NCBI GenBank assembly: GCA_963849065.1
Contig: CAWKFM010000003.1
Span: forward strand, 44,292-108,291
Direction: 5' to 3'
DNA length: 64,000 bases
DNA from: an uncultured Acidobacteriota bacterium
GTDB lineage: Bacteria > Acidobacteriota > Terriglobia > Terriglobales > Acidobacteriaceae
Positions 18,964-28,262 of this stretch are shown here, piece after piece; the stretch's first letter is position 1, and every line of letters starts with the position of its first letter. The notes under the pieces are model-generated. The model was not told the DNA's origin. It worked only from the letters and a program-made list of their open reading frames with translations, and did no database searches. Made by a program: the position numbers and the translations under genes.

Positions 18964-19844
18964 TGCTGGAACGTAAAACTACCATCCGCCTGCCCCGCGT
19001 CGCCTGCGAAGTTACTGCGCAGGGCGTGGCCGCCGCCCGCGCCGAGGGCAAGACGGGCGCCATCGGCGCCATCCACAGCTGCGCCCTGCCCTCTGGAGCT
19101 CTCACGCCCTCGCTCACGGCGCAAAACGTGCAGGACTCCAAAGCGCTCAGCGATGCCATCGCCCAGGCCCTCACGGCCGTCGGCGGGCGCGGTCAGGAGG
19201 TCATCGCGGTGCTGCCCGATTCGGTGCTGCGCGTCACCCTGCTGGATTTCGATTCGCTGCCCGAGCGGCGTCAGGAAGCCGATGCCACGGTGCGCTTCCG
19301 CCTGCGCAAGTCGCTGCCCTTCGACATCGAAAAGGCTGCGCTCAGCTTCGACGTGCAGCGCACCCCAAAGGGTGTGCGCGTGGCCGCCGCCGTCGTGCTG
19401 CACTCCGTGCTGGAAGAATACGAGTCGGCCTTCCGCGCCGCCGGCTGCTCGCCCGGCGTGGTCATGCCCTCCAGCCTGGGAGCCCTGGGTGCGGTCAACG
19501 AGCCGCGTCCCACCATGCTGCTCAAGGTCGGGCAGGACTCGACCGCCGTGGCCGTGGCCAGCGACGGCCAGCTGCTGCTCTTCCGCATCCTGGAAGGAGC
19601 CGGCAACGGAGCCCTCGGTGTCCGCCAGCTGGCCGACGATATTTATCCCTCGCTGGTATATTTTCAGGACAACTACGGCATGAGCGTGGAAACCGTGCTG
19701 GTCAGCGGAATCCGCGAGTTGGCTACAATCTCCGCCGCCTTGCAGGAGCAGACCGGCGTCAAGGTGCGGGAGCTGATCGAGACCAGCGCAGTCAATGAAA
19801 AACTGCGCAACGAATTTGCAGGCGCCATCGGCGCCCTGCGCTAA
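18963..19844 (+). CDS. pilM: PilM-like (actin-fold) pilus assembly protein
   Basis: Its ATG overlaps the pilB stop (TGATG). Size and position are right, and the sequence resembles PilM/GspL N-terminal regions. Confidence 0.6.
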   Translation: MLERKTTIRLPRVACEVTAQGVAAARAEGKTGAIGAIHSCALPSGALTPSLTAQNVQDSKALSDAIAQALTAVGGRGQEVIAVLPDSVLRVTLLDFDSLPERRQEADATVRFRLRKSLPFDIEKAALSFDVQRTPKGVRVAAAVVLHSVLEEYESAFRAAGCSPGVVMPSSLGALGAVNEPRPTMLLKVGQDSTAVAVASDGQLLLFRILEGAGNGALGVRQLADDIYPSLVYFQDNYGMSVETVLVSGIRELATISAALQEQTGVKVRELIETSAVNEKLRNEFAGAIGALR

Positions 19845-19862
19845 GGAACGAGGAACCCGACC

Positions 19863-20633
19863 TTGCGACTGAACATCAATCTCGCCACCAAGCCGTACCA
19901 GGATGTGCGCCGCGTGCTGCGGCAATGGGGCGGGCTGGTGCTGCTGCTTGCGCTGTGCACCAGCTGGCTGCTATGGACGGCGTACACCAACTGGCAGCAA
20001 TCGCGCGAGGTCAACGCCAAGATCGCCGTACTGAACTCCGAAATCGCCGCCCTCGACCACCAGCATGCCGAGGCCCTGGCCATGGTCCAGCTTCCCGCCA
20101 ACCTCCCGGTGCTGGACGATTCCAAGTTCCTCAACGGATTGATTGCGCGCAAGGCCTTCTCCTGGACCCGCGTCTTCATGCAATTGGAACAGATCATGCC
20201 GGACAAACTGCACGTGCTTTCCATCCAGCCCTCGCTCTCCCCCAAAACCGATACGGTGGAAGTCCACATGACGGTTGCCGGAACCTCGCGCGACGCCGCC
20301 GTGGAACTGGTCAAGCGGCTGGAGCAGTCCCCCTCGTTCCGCAATGCGCGCATCGAGGAAGAGAGCGCCGTCAAGCTGCAGAAGGAAACTACCGACACCG
20401 TGCAGTTCCACCTGACGGCCGTCTACGTTCCGCAACCCGTTCCCGCCGCCAGAACGGCGGACGAGAGTAGCAAACCTGTCGCCAAGGCGTCCGGCAAGGC
20501 TGCTGAATCCAACGTTGCCGCGGGCAAACCTTCCGGATCCAAAGCCGCGGGGACCCAAGCCGCGCAAATCCAAGCCGCGCCAACCAAGGCTGCCGGAACC
20601 AAGGTCGCCCAAGCCACAGGAGGGCCGCAATGA
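19863..20633 (+). CDS. pilN: PilN-like fimbrial assembly protein with Ala/Lys/Gly-rich tail
   Basis: LNINLATKPY followed by a single TM, and the position after pilM. TTG start. Confidence 0.6.
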   Translation: MRLNINLATKPYQDVRRVLRQWGGLVLLLALCTSWLLWTAYTNWQQSREVNAKIAVLNSEIAALDHQHAEALAMVQLPANLPVLDDSKFLNGLIARKAFSWTRVFMQLEQIMPDKLHVLSIQPSLSPKTDTVEVHMTVAGTSRDAAVELVKRLEQSPSFRNARIEEESAVKLQKETTDTVQFHLTAVYVPQPVPAARTADESSKPVAKASGKAAESNVAAGKPSGSKAAGTQAAQIQAAPTKAAGTKVAQATGGPQ

Positions 20634-21190
20634 CCGTCGAGCTCCGCGACGTGCGAACGCAACTGCTGATTGCCGTGGCCGTGCTGCTGTTGCTGGACAT
20701 TGCGGCGGTGGCCGTGCTGCTTTCTCCGGCCGGACGCTCGCCCAAAGCGAGGCAGCAGGCCTATGAACAATTGCGGCTGGTCAAGATGAATAAGGCTCGC
20801 TCGACCGTCTCCACCAAGGATATGGACCGCAACATCGCCACCGCCCGCCAGCAGGAGCAGGACTTCGACCGCGACCGGCTCACCGGGCGCTATTCGGAGA
20901 TGTCGGAGCTGTTGTCCCACATCGCGGGCGACGCCGGCGTTAACGTCAGCGACGTAAAATATGACGAGCAGGCATCCAAGCAGAAGGAGAAAACCACGCC
21001 GCCAGGATATGAGGGCATCGGCATCACCATGCAGGTGCACGGCAGCTATACGCAGGACATGCGGTTTATCAACGCCGTGGAGCGGCAGCACATGCTGCTG
21101 CTGGTTGACTCGGTCAGCTTTGGCGGAATGCAGAGCGACGAGCTGACGGTTTCGGTCCACCTCACCACCTATCTGAGGAGCGAGGCATGA
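20630..21190 (+). CDS. pilO: PilO-like pilus assembly protein
   Basis: ATGA overlap, N-terminal TM plus a coiled region, and position in the operon. Confidence 0.5.
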   Translation: MTVELRDVRTQLLIAVAVLLLLDIAAVAVLLSPAGRSPKARQQAYEQLRLVKMNKARSTVSTKDMDRNIATARQQEQDFDRDRLTGRYSEMSELLSHIAGDAGVNVSDVKYDEQASKQKEKTTPPGYEGIGITMQVHGSYTQDMRFINAVERQHMLLLVDSVSFGGMQSDELTVSVHLTTYLRSEA

Positions 21191-21753
21191 AGGCGGTAGC
21201 CACCGGTAAGACCAAACAGTGGGTCGCCATCGCACTGGTGCTGGCCGCCGTTTTCATGGTCGCGCGCGCCTTTCTCTCCAATGGAGGCGCGCCCCAGCCG
21301 GTCGCGGTGGCCACGGCTCCCGCCCAGAGTTCGGCCGCTCCGGCCGAGGAATCGCTGGACCCCAGGTTGCACCTGAACCTGCTGGCCAGCTCCGAGGCGA
21401 TCAAGTACGAGGGCGATGGAAGAAACATCTTCCGGGCTGGCGCCGCGGCGGTGGCGATTCCCCCGGTGAAGGTCTCGCCGCTGCTGGCCAAACAGCAGCA
21501 GGAACAGGCGGCCAAAGCGGCGCAGGCGTTGGCGAACATTCCCCCGCCGATTAACCTGAAGTTCTTCGGCTTCAGCAACAAGCCAGGGGAAACCCCCAAA
21601 GCGTTTCTCTCCCAGGGCGACGACGTGTGGATCGCACGCGAGGGAGATGTGGTGGACCGTCATTACAAGATCGTCCACATCTCACCCACCGCGGTGGAAG
21701 TGGAAGACCTGCTCAACAGCAACCGCCAGAGCATCCGGCTGACGCAGGGATAG
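21187..21753 (+). CDS. PilP/GspC-like periplasmic protein
   Basis: ATGA overlap, N-terminal TM, and a C-terminal beta-rich segment (FLSQGDDVWIAREGDVVDRHYKIVHISPTAVEVEDL) like PilP/GspC HR domains. Confidence 0.35.
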   Translation: MKAVATGKTKQWVAIALVLAAVFMVARAFLSNGGAPQPVAVATAPAQSSAAPAEESLDPRLHLNLLASSEAIKYEGDGRNIFRAGAAAVAIPPVKVSPLLAKQQQEQAAKAAQALANIPPPINLKFFGFSNKPGETPKAFLSQGDDVWIAREGDVVDRHYKIVHISPTAVEVEDLLNSNRQSIRLTQG

Positions 21754-21758
21754 CAGAG

Positions 21759-22739
21759 ATGGGCTGTCACCTTCCACGGCACGGAATCGGCAAACGGCGG
21801 GACTCCGGCTACATGCTGCTGATCCTCATGCTGGCCGTCGCCATGCTCGCCATCACCCTGCTGCAGGTGTCGTTCAACTACCGCCGCACCATCCAGCGCG
21901 ACCGCGAGGTGGAGATGATCCACCGCGGCGTGCAATACGAGCGCGCCGTCCGGCTCTACTTCCGCAAGTTCGGCACCTATCCCAACACCCTCGAGCAGTT
22001 GGAAAACACCAACAAAATCCGCTTTCTGCGCAAGCGCTACAAGGACCCCATGGCTCCCGATGGACAGTGGCAGATCGCCCACATCACAGACATCAAGCTG
22101 ACAGGCACGGGTCTCACCGCTCTGGCGGCCACCGTCGGCGGAGCCGGCGCAGCCGGCACCGCCAATCCAGCTCAGACGATTGCCGGCGGACTGACCGGTA
22201 CGGCCACCACGTCTGCCTTCGGCACAACGGCAACAAACCAGAGCACGACCGGCAGCATATTTGGCTCGTCCGGCAACACCACTGGCACCGCCACCACACC
22301 TGGCACCGGCAGCACAACTGGCAGCACTGGTGGGCAGACAACCAGTTCCGGCGACAACTCCCAGACCTCCCCGGGAACCAGCTCCGGCACCGGCCCGGCG
22401 GATACCAACAGCACCTCCACCAATGGCGCGGGACCGCTCCTGGGCGGCGGCCCCATGCTAGGTGTCATCAGCAAATCCAAGGTAGAGGGAATTCACTCCT
22501 TCAACGACAAGAACCATTACAACGAGTGGTACTTCATTTACGACCCGTCCCAGGACAAGGGCCAGCAACTCACCGGCCCCTACAATCCCAACCTGACCCT
22601 CGGTTTAACCACCACCACCGGAACCCCCGCCGGACAGCCTGGCGCCACCTCGGGTGCGCCTGCCGCCGCCGCGCCCGGCACCACCCCAGCTGCCGCTCCA
22701 ACCTCGGCCACGCCCCCTCCCACCACGACCGCGCCCTGA
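21759..22739 (+). CDS. pseudopilin-like membrane-anchored protein with a long Thr/Gly/Ser/Ala/Pro-rich low-complexity region
   Basis: N-terminus GKRRDSG|YMLLILMLAVAMLAI resembles a degenerate prepilin leader (no Glu+5). GspG-like helix (QRDREVEMIHRGVQYERAVRLYFRKFGTYPNTLEQL). About 100 aa of T/G/S-rich sequence and a PAAAP-rich tail. Confidence 0.5.
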   Translation: MGCHLPRHGIGKRRDSGYMLLILMLAVAMLAITLLQVSFNYRRTIQRDREVEMIHRGVQYERAVRLYFRKFGTYPNTLEQLENTNKIRFLRKRYKDPMAPDGQWQIAHITDIKLTGTGLTALAATVGGAGAAGTANPAQTIAGGLTGTATTSAFGTTATNQSTTGSIFGSSGNTTGTATTPGTGSTTGSTGGQTTSSGDNSQTSPGTSSGTGPADTNSTSTNGAGPLLGGGPMLGVISKSKVEGIHSFNDKNHYNEWYFIYDPSQDKGQQLTGPYNPNLTLGLTTTTGTPAGQPGATSGAPAAAAPGTTPAAAPTSATPPPTTTAP

Positions 22740-22763
22740 TCCGGCCATCGCGCCGCGCAATTT

Positions 22764-22794
22764 AAAACCCCCATCCTTTTCGGACGGGGGTTTT
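22764..22794. terminator. bidirectional intrinsic terminator between convergent genes
   Basis: AAAACCCCC-(13 nt)-GGGGGTTTT, with an A-run and a T-run on either side. Confidence 0.7.
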
Positions 22795-22836
22795 GAGGTT
22801 CGTAGCGGTCAAGCCGCCAGCCGGGCCCGCGCGCAC

Positions 22837-23196
22837 CTATGCGCTGAACGACGAGCCGCAACCGCAGGTGCTCTTCACGTTGGGGTTTTCAAACTTGAAG
22901 CCGGCGCCTTCCAGGGTCTCAATGTAGTCCACCGTGGCGCCCTGCAGATACATCAGCGAAGTCGCGTCGATGAATACCTTCAGGTCTCCGAACTCAAACG
23001 TCTTGTCCATGGCTCCGGCGCCGTTCTCAAACTGCATGCTGTAGGAGAAGCCGGAGCATCCGCCGCCCACCACACCTACGCGCAGGCCGCTGGGAACCGG
23101 AGTTTGCTGAGCCATGATCTCCTTTACCTTTGCAATGGCGGACGGAGTGAGGGTGAGGGGTGCGTTCTTAACTTCGGGGGTAGTGGTCGTGGACAT
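22837..23196 (-). CDS. erpA: iron-sulfur cluster insertion protein (HesB/IscA/ErpA family)
   Basis: GGGCSGFSY and a C-terminal CGCGSSF. Confidence 0.85.
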   Translation of the reverse strand: MSTTTTPEVKNAPLTLTPSAIAKVKEIMAQQTPVPSGLRVGVVGGGCSGFSYSMQFENGAGAMDKTFEFGDLKVFIDATSLMYLQGATVDYIETLEGAGFKFENPNVKSTCGCGSSFSA

Positions 23197-23502
23197 GGCT
23201 TTTCTTCTCCTCGGCGAAAATCCTAATATAGCAAATCTCGGGGCTTCAGTGTCACCTGTCGGTGGCGCTAAACCGGGCAGATTTCAACGCTTGTAATTTT
23301 GATGCATCCGCAACTCCGGGAGTCGCAAAAGTTCTCAGCCCTGCCGCAATGCCGCATCCAGGTTGCCCCGCCCGCCCCAGAAAGCGGACAATTATTCCTG
23401 CTTGACTCTTGCCAAATCGTGCCTATAATCCCTTGATCTAGTTCGCCGCAGCGGTGGGGTGGCAGGGAGCCATCCTTGTGCTCACGACGAACTGCACAGG
23501 TG

Positions 23503-23778
23503 ATGTCTATGGAACCAATGTCTGTGTTGCTGACGATTTGGGGCGTGGTGACCACCGTGCTGGTGGTCCTGCTGATCTACCGCAGTGCGCTCGCCAGGCA
23601 TGAGGACGACGAACTCTTTCTTACCCGCGCGGATGCGCAATTCGAGCAGGAACAACAGGAGCTGACGGTCCGCATGAACCGGCTGCGCCCCTTCCTCAAC
23701 ATCCTGGCTGCCTCCAGCGGGGTGCTGATCCTGCTCATGGCAGGCCTGTGGGTGTGGCGCGGCTGGACCCGAATGTAG
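23503..23778 (+). CDS. small two-TM membrane protein, unknown function
   Basis: Two hydrophobic helices flank a charged helix. The start is uncertain. Confidence 0.35.
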   Translation: MSMEPMSVLLTIWGVVTTVLVVLLIYRSALARHEDDELFLTRADAQFEQEQQELTVRMNRLRPFLNILAASSGVLILLMAGLWVWRGWTRM

Positions 23779-23837
23779 CTTCGATAGAATGTAGCTCCGC
23801 GGTAGCTCCCCGTGAAGAGCTGCCGCCCGCAAATCCG

Positions 23838-25034
23838 CTACTCCTTGGGTAACGCTCCCTGGGGGTACGCCTCAAACACCAGCGGGTTGGGACGCTTCGC
23901 GTTGCCTACCCGCACCACTTTCTTCCCTTCCAGAAAGCCGATCAGCGATTCCTGCAGAATCTCCCCCCGCCATCCCGCCAGCACCTCCGGCAGGGCCGTG
24001 CCTTCTTGATCGAGGAACCAGCGCACAATCTCCTGCAGGTCGCTGGTCGTCGCCAGCAATGCGGTATCCACATCGGTCTCCGCCGCCAGGTTGGCCACCG
24101 CCACCGAGAGCAGCTTGGTCAGCACCGCCACCTGCGGCGGGTCGTCGCGCCGCTCGTTGCTGGGCAGCTCGGCCTCCGCAATGGCGCGGGCTTGCGCCAC
24201 GGCGTCCACCACATCCTGCTCGGCCTTGCGCAGCATCCGGCTGTCCATGCCGCGAATCGAAAACAGGTCCTCGACGCTGGCCGGAGAGCGGCGCGCAATC
24301 TCAATCAGCATGCTGTCGCCCAGCACCCGCGACGCCGGAACGTTGAGGCTCGCAGCCTGCCGGTCGCGCCAGCGCCACACCTCCCGCAGCACCGCCAGCT
24401 GGCGGCGGCTCAGCCGCGCGCTGCCGGAGATCCTCCACCGCTCATCCTCGCGCAGTACGTTTTTCACCAGGTCATCGCACTCGCCCCGCACCCAGCTGGT
24501 GCGCTCCAGCTTGCCGGCGCGCTCCAGAATCTTTTCCCGCATCGGCAGCAGGTAGCGCACATCGTCGGCGGCATATTCCAGCTGCACCGGACGCAGCGGG
24601 CGCTTGCGCCAGTCGCTAAAGCTCTCCCCGCCGTTCACCTTCGCGTTCAAAACCCGCAGGCACAGATTGGTGTGCGAGAGCGGATATCCATACCCCAGCA
24701 GCCCGGCGGCCACCTGCAGATCCAACACGCAGGCCGGAGCCGCCTCGGCTCCCTTGGCACAGAACTTCACCTCCTGGCGGGCGGCCACGGTCACCAGTTC
24801 CCGACCCGGCGCGGCGAGCAGCTCCCACATCGGACGCAGTCCGGGAAACACAATGGGATCGACGATGAAAATCTCTTCCGGGGTGGAGAGCTGCACCAGG
24901 CACAGCTCCGGCTCGTAGCGGCCCTCGGAGATGAACTCCGTATCCAGCCCGATGATGGTTTGTGAGGAGAGCTGGCGCAGTAATGTTTCAAACTTCGGCG
25001 CGGAATCGACGTAGAGTGTGTGATTAAGTGGCAT
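23838..25034 (-). CDS. rnd: ribonuclease D
   Basis: DEDD 3'-5' exonuclease motifs (GLDTEF, YAADDV) plus an HRDC-like region. Confidence 0.8.
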   Translation of the reverse strand: MPLNHTLYVDSAPKFETLLRQLSSQTIIGLDTEFISEGRYEPELCLVQLSTPEEIFIVDPIVFPGLRPMWELLAAPGRELVTVAARQEVKFCAKGAEAAPACVLDLQVAAGLLGYGYPLSHTNLCLRVLNAKVNGGESFSDWRKRPLRPVQLEYAADDVRYLLPMREKILERAGKLERTSWVRGECDDLVKNVLREDERWRISGSARLSRRQLAVLREVWRWRDRQAASLNVPASRVLGDSMLIEIARRSPASVEDLFSIRGMDSRMLRKAEQDVVDAVAQARAIAEAELPSNERRDDPPQVAVLTKLLSVAVANLAAETDVDTALLATTSDLQEIVRWFLDQEGTALPEVLAGWRGEILQESLIGFLEGKKVVRVGNAKRPNPLVFEAYPQGALPKE

Positions 25035-25133
25035 CAGCGAACTTCATTCTAAAAGAAGCAGGCGCCGCCTGACTAGCGCGCAAGCCGCACAGACCTGATC
25101 GAAACTGCGCAAACCGAGCCTGGTCTTTAAGTC

Positions 25134-25160
25134 GTCATTCCCAACAACGTGAGGAATCCC
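25134..25160. repeat. REP-like element GTCATTCCCAACAACGTGAGGAATCCC
   Basis: Intergenic. Same architecture as 15431..15457 (GTCAT(T/C)CC ... GGA(A/C)(T/C)CC). Confidence 0.4.
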
Positions 25161-25284
25161 TGCGCCGCTCCAATCTCCCAATCCGCCCCAGAGGCTTTTC
25201 AACCGACAATCGAACTCCGCAGGTGCCCCATATTTGCCCGCCTCTGGCAAATGTGGGATCGCACCAAGCCGGCATCTAAGAGAT

Positions 25285-26859
25285 CTACACCACCACGCTG
25301 GAGACATTCTGCACCGAGGGTGCGCTCCTCAGCTCGGCCAGCACCTCGGCAGAGACCTGCTCATCCACCTGCACGATCGCCAGCGCCTGCCGCCCTTCGC
25401 GCCCCAGCGAGAGGCGGGCAATGTTGATGCCATGCTTGCCCAGCAGCGTGCCGATGGAGCCCACCACGCCGGGCGCATCCAGATTCGAAAACACGATGAA
25501 CCGCCCGTCCAGTTGCGATTCGATCTCGATCCCATTCAGCCGCGTCAGCCGCGGCGATGTCCCATGTAGAAGCGTGCCGCTGCAATCCACCGACCCGGTA
25601 GGACCGATCAGATTGAGCTGGATCAGGTTGACCCGCGCGTTGGGATTGACCCGCAGCTCGCGCACCACCACGCCCCGCTCGTCGGCCGAGGCCAGCGCGT
25701 TGATGATGTTGGTGTGCCCATTGTCTTCCGTGCCCAGAATGGCGGCCACGGCGGCGCTGCGGATCAGCTGCGTCTTCCAGCCGCCGATCTCGCCCTCAAA
25801 CTTCACCTCGATCTCGGCCAGGTTGGAGCGGAACAGCTGCGCCGCCAGCCGTCCCAGCTTGCCCGCCAGCCCCATGTACGGCTTGATCTGCTGGTACTCC
25901 ACGTCGGAGAGCGAGGGCAGGTTGACCGCGTTCTGCGCAATGCCCTCCAGCAGGTAGTCGCGCACCTGCCTCGCAATCTGGATGCCCACCGCCTCCTGTC
26001 CCTCGCGGGTGGAAGCGCCCAGGTGCGGCGTGGCAAGCAGGTTGGGCGCCGAGAGCAGCCCGTTGTTGCGCGGCGGCTCCTCGCGGAAGACGTCGAGCGC
26101 CGCGGCGGCGATGCGTCCGCAGTGCAGCGCGGCTTCCACCGCGCCTTCGTCCACCAGCTCGCCGCGGGCGCAGTTCACCAGGCGAACTCCGGGCTTCATC
26201 TGCGCAATGGAGTCAGCGTTGATCATGTTGGCCGTCTGGTGGGTCAGCGCCACGTGCAGCGAAATGTAGTCGGCCTGGGCGTACAAGGCCTCCAGCGAAA
26301 TCAGCTCGATGCCCAGCTCCTTGGCCCGCGAGGGTGACAGGTAGGGATCGCTGCCCACCACCTTCATGCCGAAGGCGCGGGCCCGCGCCGCCGTCTCGGT
26401 GCCGATCCTTCCCAGTCCGACGATGCCCAGTGTCTTGCCGGAAAGCTCGGTGCCCTGCAGATTCTTTTTGTCCCACTTGCCAGCCCTGGTGCTCTGGTCG
26501 GCGCGTGAAATGTGGCGGGCCATGGCCAGCATCAGGCCCAGCGTCAGCTCGGCCACCGAGACCGCGCTGGCGCCGGGAGCATTCATCACCACAATGCCCC
26601 GGCGGGTGGCAACCTCCACGTCGATGTTGTCCACCCCCACCCCGGCGCGGCCGATGACGCGCACACTGCCGGCGGCTTCGATCAACTCCGCGTCGGCCTG
26701 CACCGCCGAGCGCACAATCAGCGCATCAGCATCGTGAACGGCGAGTTTAGGGTCCAGGACAAACTGCTCCGGGGTAATGACGGTGCAGTTGGGAATCTCC
26801 TCCAGCACCTTCATGGCTGCACCGGCAATTTTCTCCGCCACCACGATCTTCACATTCAC
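25285..26859 (-). CDS. serA: D-3-phosphoglycerate dehydrogenase (long form with ACT domain)
   Basis: NAD-binding GIVGLGRIG, catalytic R/E/H context, 524 aa with ASB/ACT C-terminal domains. Confidence 0.9.
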   Translation of the reverse strand: MNVKIVVAEKIAGAAMKVLEEIPNCTVITPEQFVLDPKLAVHDADALIVRSAVQADAELIEAAGSVRVIGRAGVGVDNIDVEVATRRGIVVMNAPGASAVSVAELTLGLMLAMARHISRADQSTRAGKWDKKNLQGTELSGKTLGIVGLGRIGTETAARARAFGMKVVGSDPYLSPSRAKELGIELISLEALYAQADYISLHVALTHQTANMINADSIAQMKPGVRLVNCARGELVDEGAVEAALHCGRIAAAALDVFREEPPRNNGLLSAPNLLATPHLGASTREGQEAVGIQIARQVRDYLLEGIAQNAVNLPSLSDVEYQQIKPYMGLAGKLGRLAAQLFRSNLAEIEVKFEGEIGGWKTQLIRSAAVAAILGTEDNGHTNIINALASADERGVVVRELRVNPNARVNLIQLNLIGPTGSVDCSGTLLHGTSPRLTRLNGIEIESQLDGRFIVFSNLDAPGVVGSIGTLLGKHGINIARLSLGREGRQALAIVQVDEQVSAEVLAELRSAPSVQNVSSVVV

Positions 26860-28028
26860 TCTCCGCTCTTGCGTGCTTTTGCGTACACCAGTTGCGCGGC
26901 GCGAAGGCCGTCGCCAAACTGGAAGCTATCCGGCTTCAGCTGCATCACAACCTGCTCCAGCCCGCCGATGATCGCAATGCAATCCAGGTAGTCGAGATAG
27001 CCAATGTGGGCGATGCGCAGGATCTGGCCCTTCATCTCGCCCTGGCCATCGGAGAGCACTCCGGCAAACTCTTTCTTGAAGCCCTTGACCACGTCGCTGG
27101 AGGAAACGCCCGCGGGCGCCTTGATGGCCGTGACGGCGGCGGCGTGGGAGGTGGAGAACAGTTCGAGTCCCAGCGCTTCGGCCGCGGTCCGAGTGCACAG
27201 GGCGCAGAGTTCGGCGTTGGCCACCAGCAGGTCGCGTCCCTTGGCCAGGTCGCCGCCTCCCTGCTGCTCCAGGTAGTCGAGTGCCGCGCCCATGGCGGCG
27301 ATCAGCGCCACCGACGGGGTGTAGGCGCTTTCGCCCTTAACCGCGTTCTTGCGCTCCTTGCGCAGGTCGAAGTAATAGCGCGGCTGCGTGCTGGTCTCCA
27401 TGCGGGCCCAGGCGCGCTCGCTGGCGGCCAGGTAGGCCAGGCCGGGAGGAATCATCAACGCCTTCTGCGAGCCGCCGATAATCATGTCGATGCCGTCGCC
27501 GTCCAAGTCGAAGGCCGTGGTGCCCAGCCCGGTGATGGCGTCCACCACCAGCAGCGCGTCGGTTCCCTTCACCAGTTTGGCCAGCGCCGAGACATCGTGA
27601 CGCACGCCGGTCGAGGTTTCCGTGGCCTGCACAAACACGACCTTCACATCCGGAGTCAGCAGAGCCTTGACTTCCTCGATGGGAAACGTCTGCCCGTAAG
27701 GCTTGGTGAGCACCGCCGCCTGGCAGCCGAACGCCTTGGCCAGCGCAACCCAGCGCTCGCCGAATTTGCCGGCAGACAGCACCAGAACCTTGTCGCCCGG
27801 GCTGGTCAGATTGGTGACCGCGGCTTCCATGGCTCCGGTGCCCGAGGCGGCCAGCACCACCACATCGTTGCTGGTGCCGATGAAGACCTTCAACTGAGCC
27901 AGCACTTTGAGAAACAGCGCACGGAATTCCGGCGTGCGGTGGTGAAGGTCGGCGGCGGCCATGGCAAACTGCGCGGCCGGAAGCAGGGGCGTCGGGCCGG
28001 GGGTGAAAAGACGAGTCTTACGGAACAT
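26856..28028 (-). CDS. class V aminotransferase (serine-pyruvate / phosphoserine aminotransferase type)
   Basis: FTPGPTP N-terminus and PLP-lysine context GGSQKAL. 4-nt overlap with serA. ATG 28028 was chosen over the extended ORF start at 28208. Confidence 0.8.
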   Translation of the reverse strand: MFRKTRLFTPGPTPLLPAAQFAMAAADLHHRTPEFRALFLKVLAQLKVFIGTSNDVVVLAASGTGAMEAAVTNLTSPGDKVLVLSAGKFGERWVALAKAFGCQAAVLTKPYGQTFPIEEVKALLTPDVKVVFVQATETSTGVRHDVSALAKLVKGTDALLVVDAITGLGTTAFDLDGDGIDMIIGGSQKALMIPPGLAYLAASERAWARMETSTQPRYYFDLRKERKNAVKGESAYTPSVALIAAMGAALDYLEQQGGGDLAKGRDLLVANAELCALCTRTAAEALGLELFSTSHAAAVTAIKAPAGVSSSDVVKGFKKEFAGVLSDGQGEMKGQILRIAHIGYLDYLDCIAIIGGLEQVVMQLKPDSFQFGDGLRAAQLVYAKARKSGE

Positions 28029-28262
28029 GAAACCTTCTCCTGAAAGTGAATGCGGTGCGCGAGGCGAGACAACAATGCGGATGCAACACCCAAGCTTCGA
28101 ACGCGCCATCATAAAGCTCTGTGGGGAGTACTTGCAAGCGAAGGTCCAACCATTGTTCCGGTTAGCCGCCGCATCGGAAACCGTTACCCTTCCGTCCATC
28201 CTTGGCAACTTTGCGCAACGATTAACGATTCCGTTATCCCAGCCTCCAAAACCATTGCCTTA

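Noticed and set aside
17254-19925. Long minus-strand ORFs (514 aa and 376 aa) opposite pilB/pilM
   Set aside because: Shadow ORFs with repetitive G/A/D/V/H composition. The plus-strand products have clear Walker motifs and operon logic.
22100-22720. Repetitive ACC/GGC/ACG-rich DNA, considered as a tandem repeat or CRISPR-like array
   Set aside because: There is no regular repeat-spacer periodicity. It is in-frame low-complexity coding sequence (Thr/Gly/Ser/Ala/Pro) of the 21759..22739 gene.
24006-24965. 319-aa plus-strand ORF opposite rnd
   Set aside because: Antisense shadow ORF. The minus strand encodes the DEDD exonuclease motifs.
26892-28208. 383-aa plus-strand ORF, and the 60-aa N-terminal extension of the aminotransferase ORF
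   Set aside because: The plus ORF is antisense to a PLP-enzyme gene. The extension (28029-28208) has no similarity to aminotransferase N-termini, whereas MFRKTRLFTPGPTP is the canonical start.
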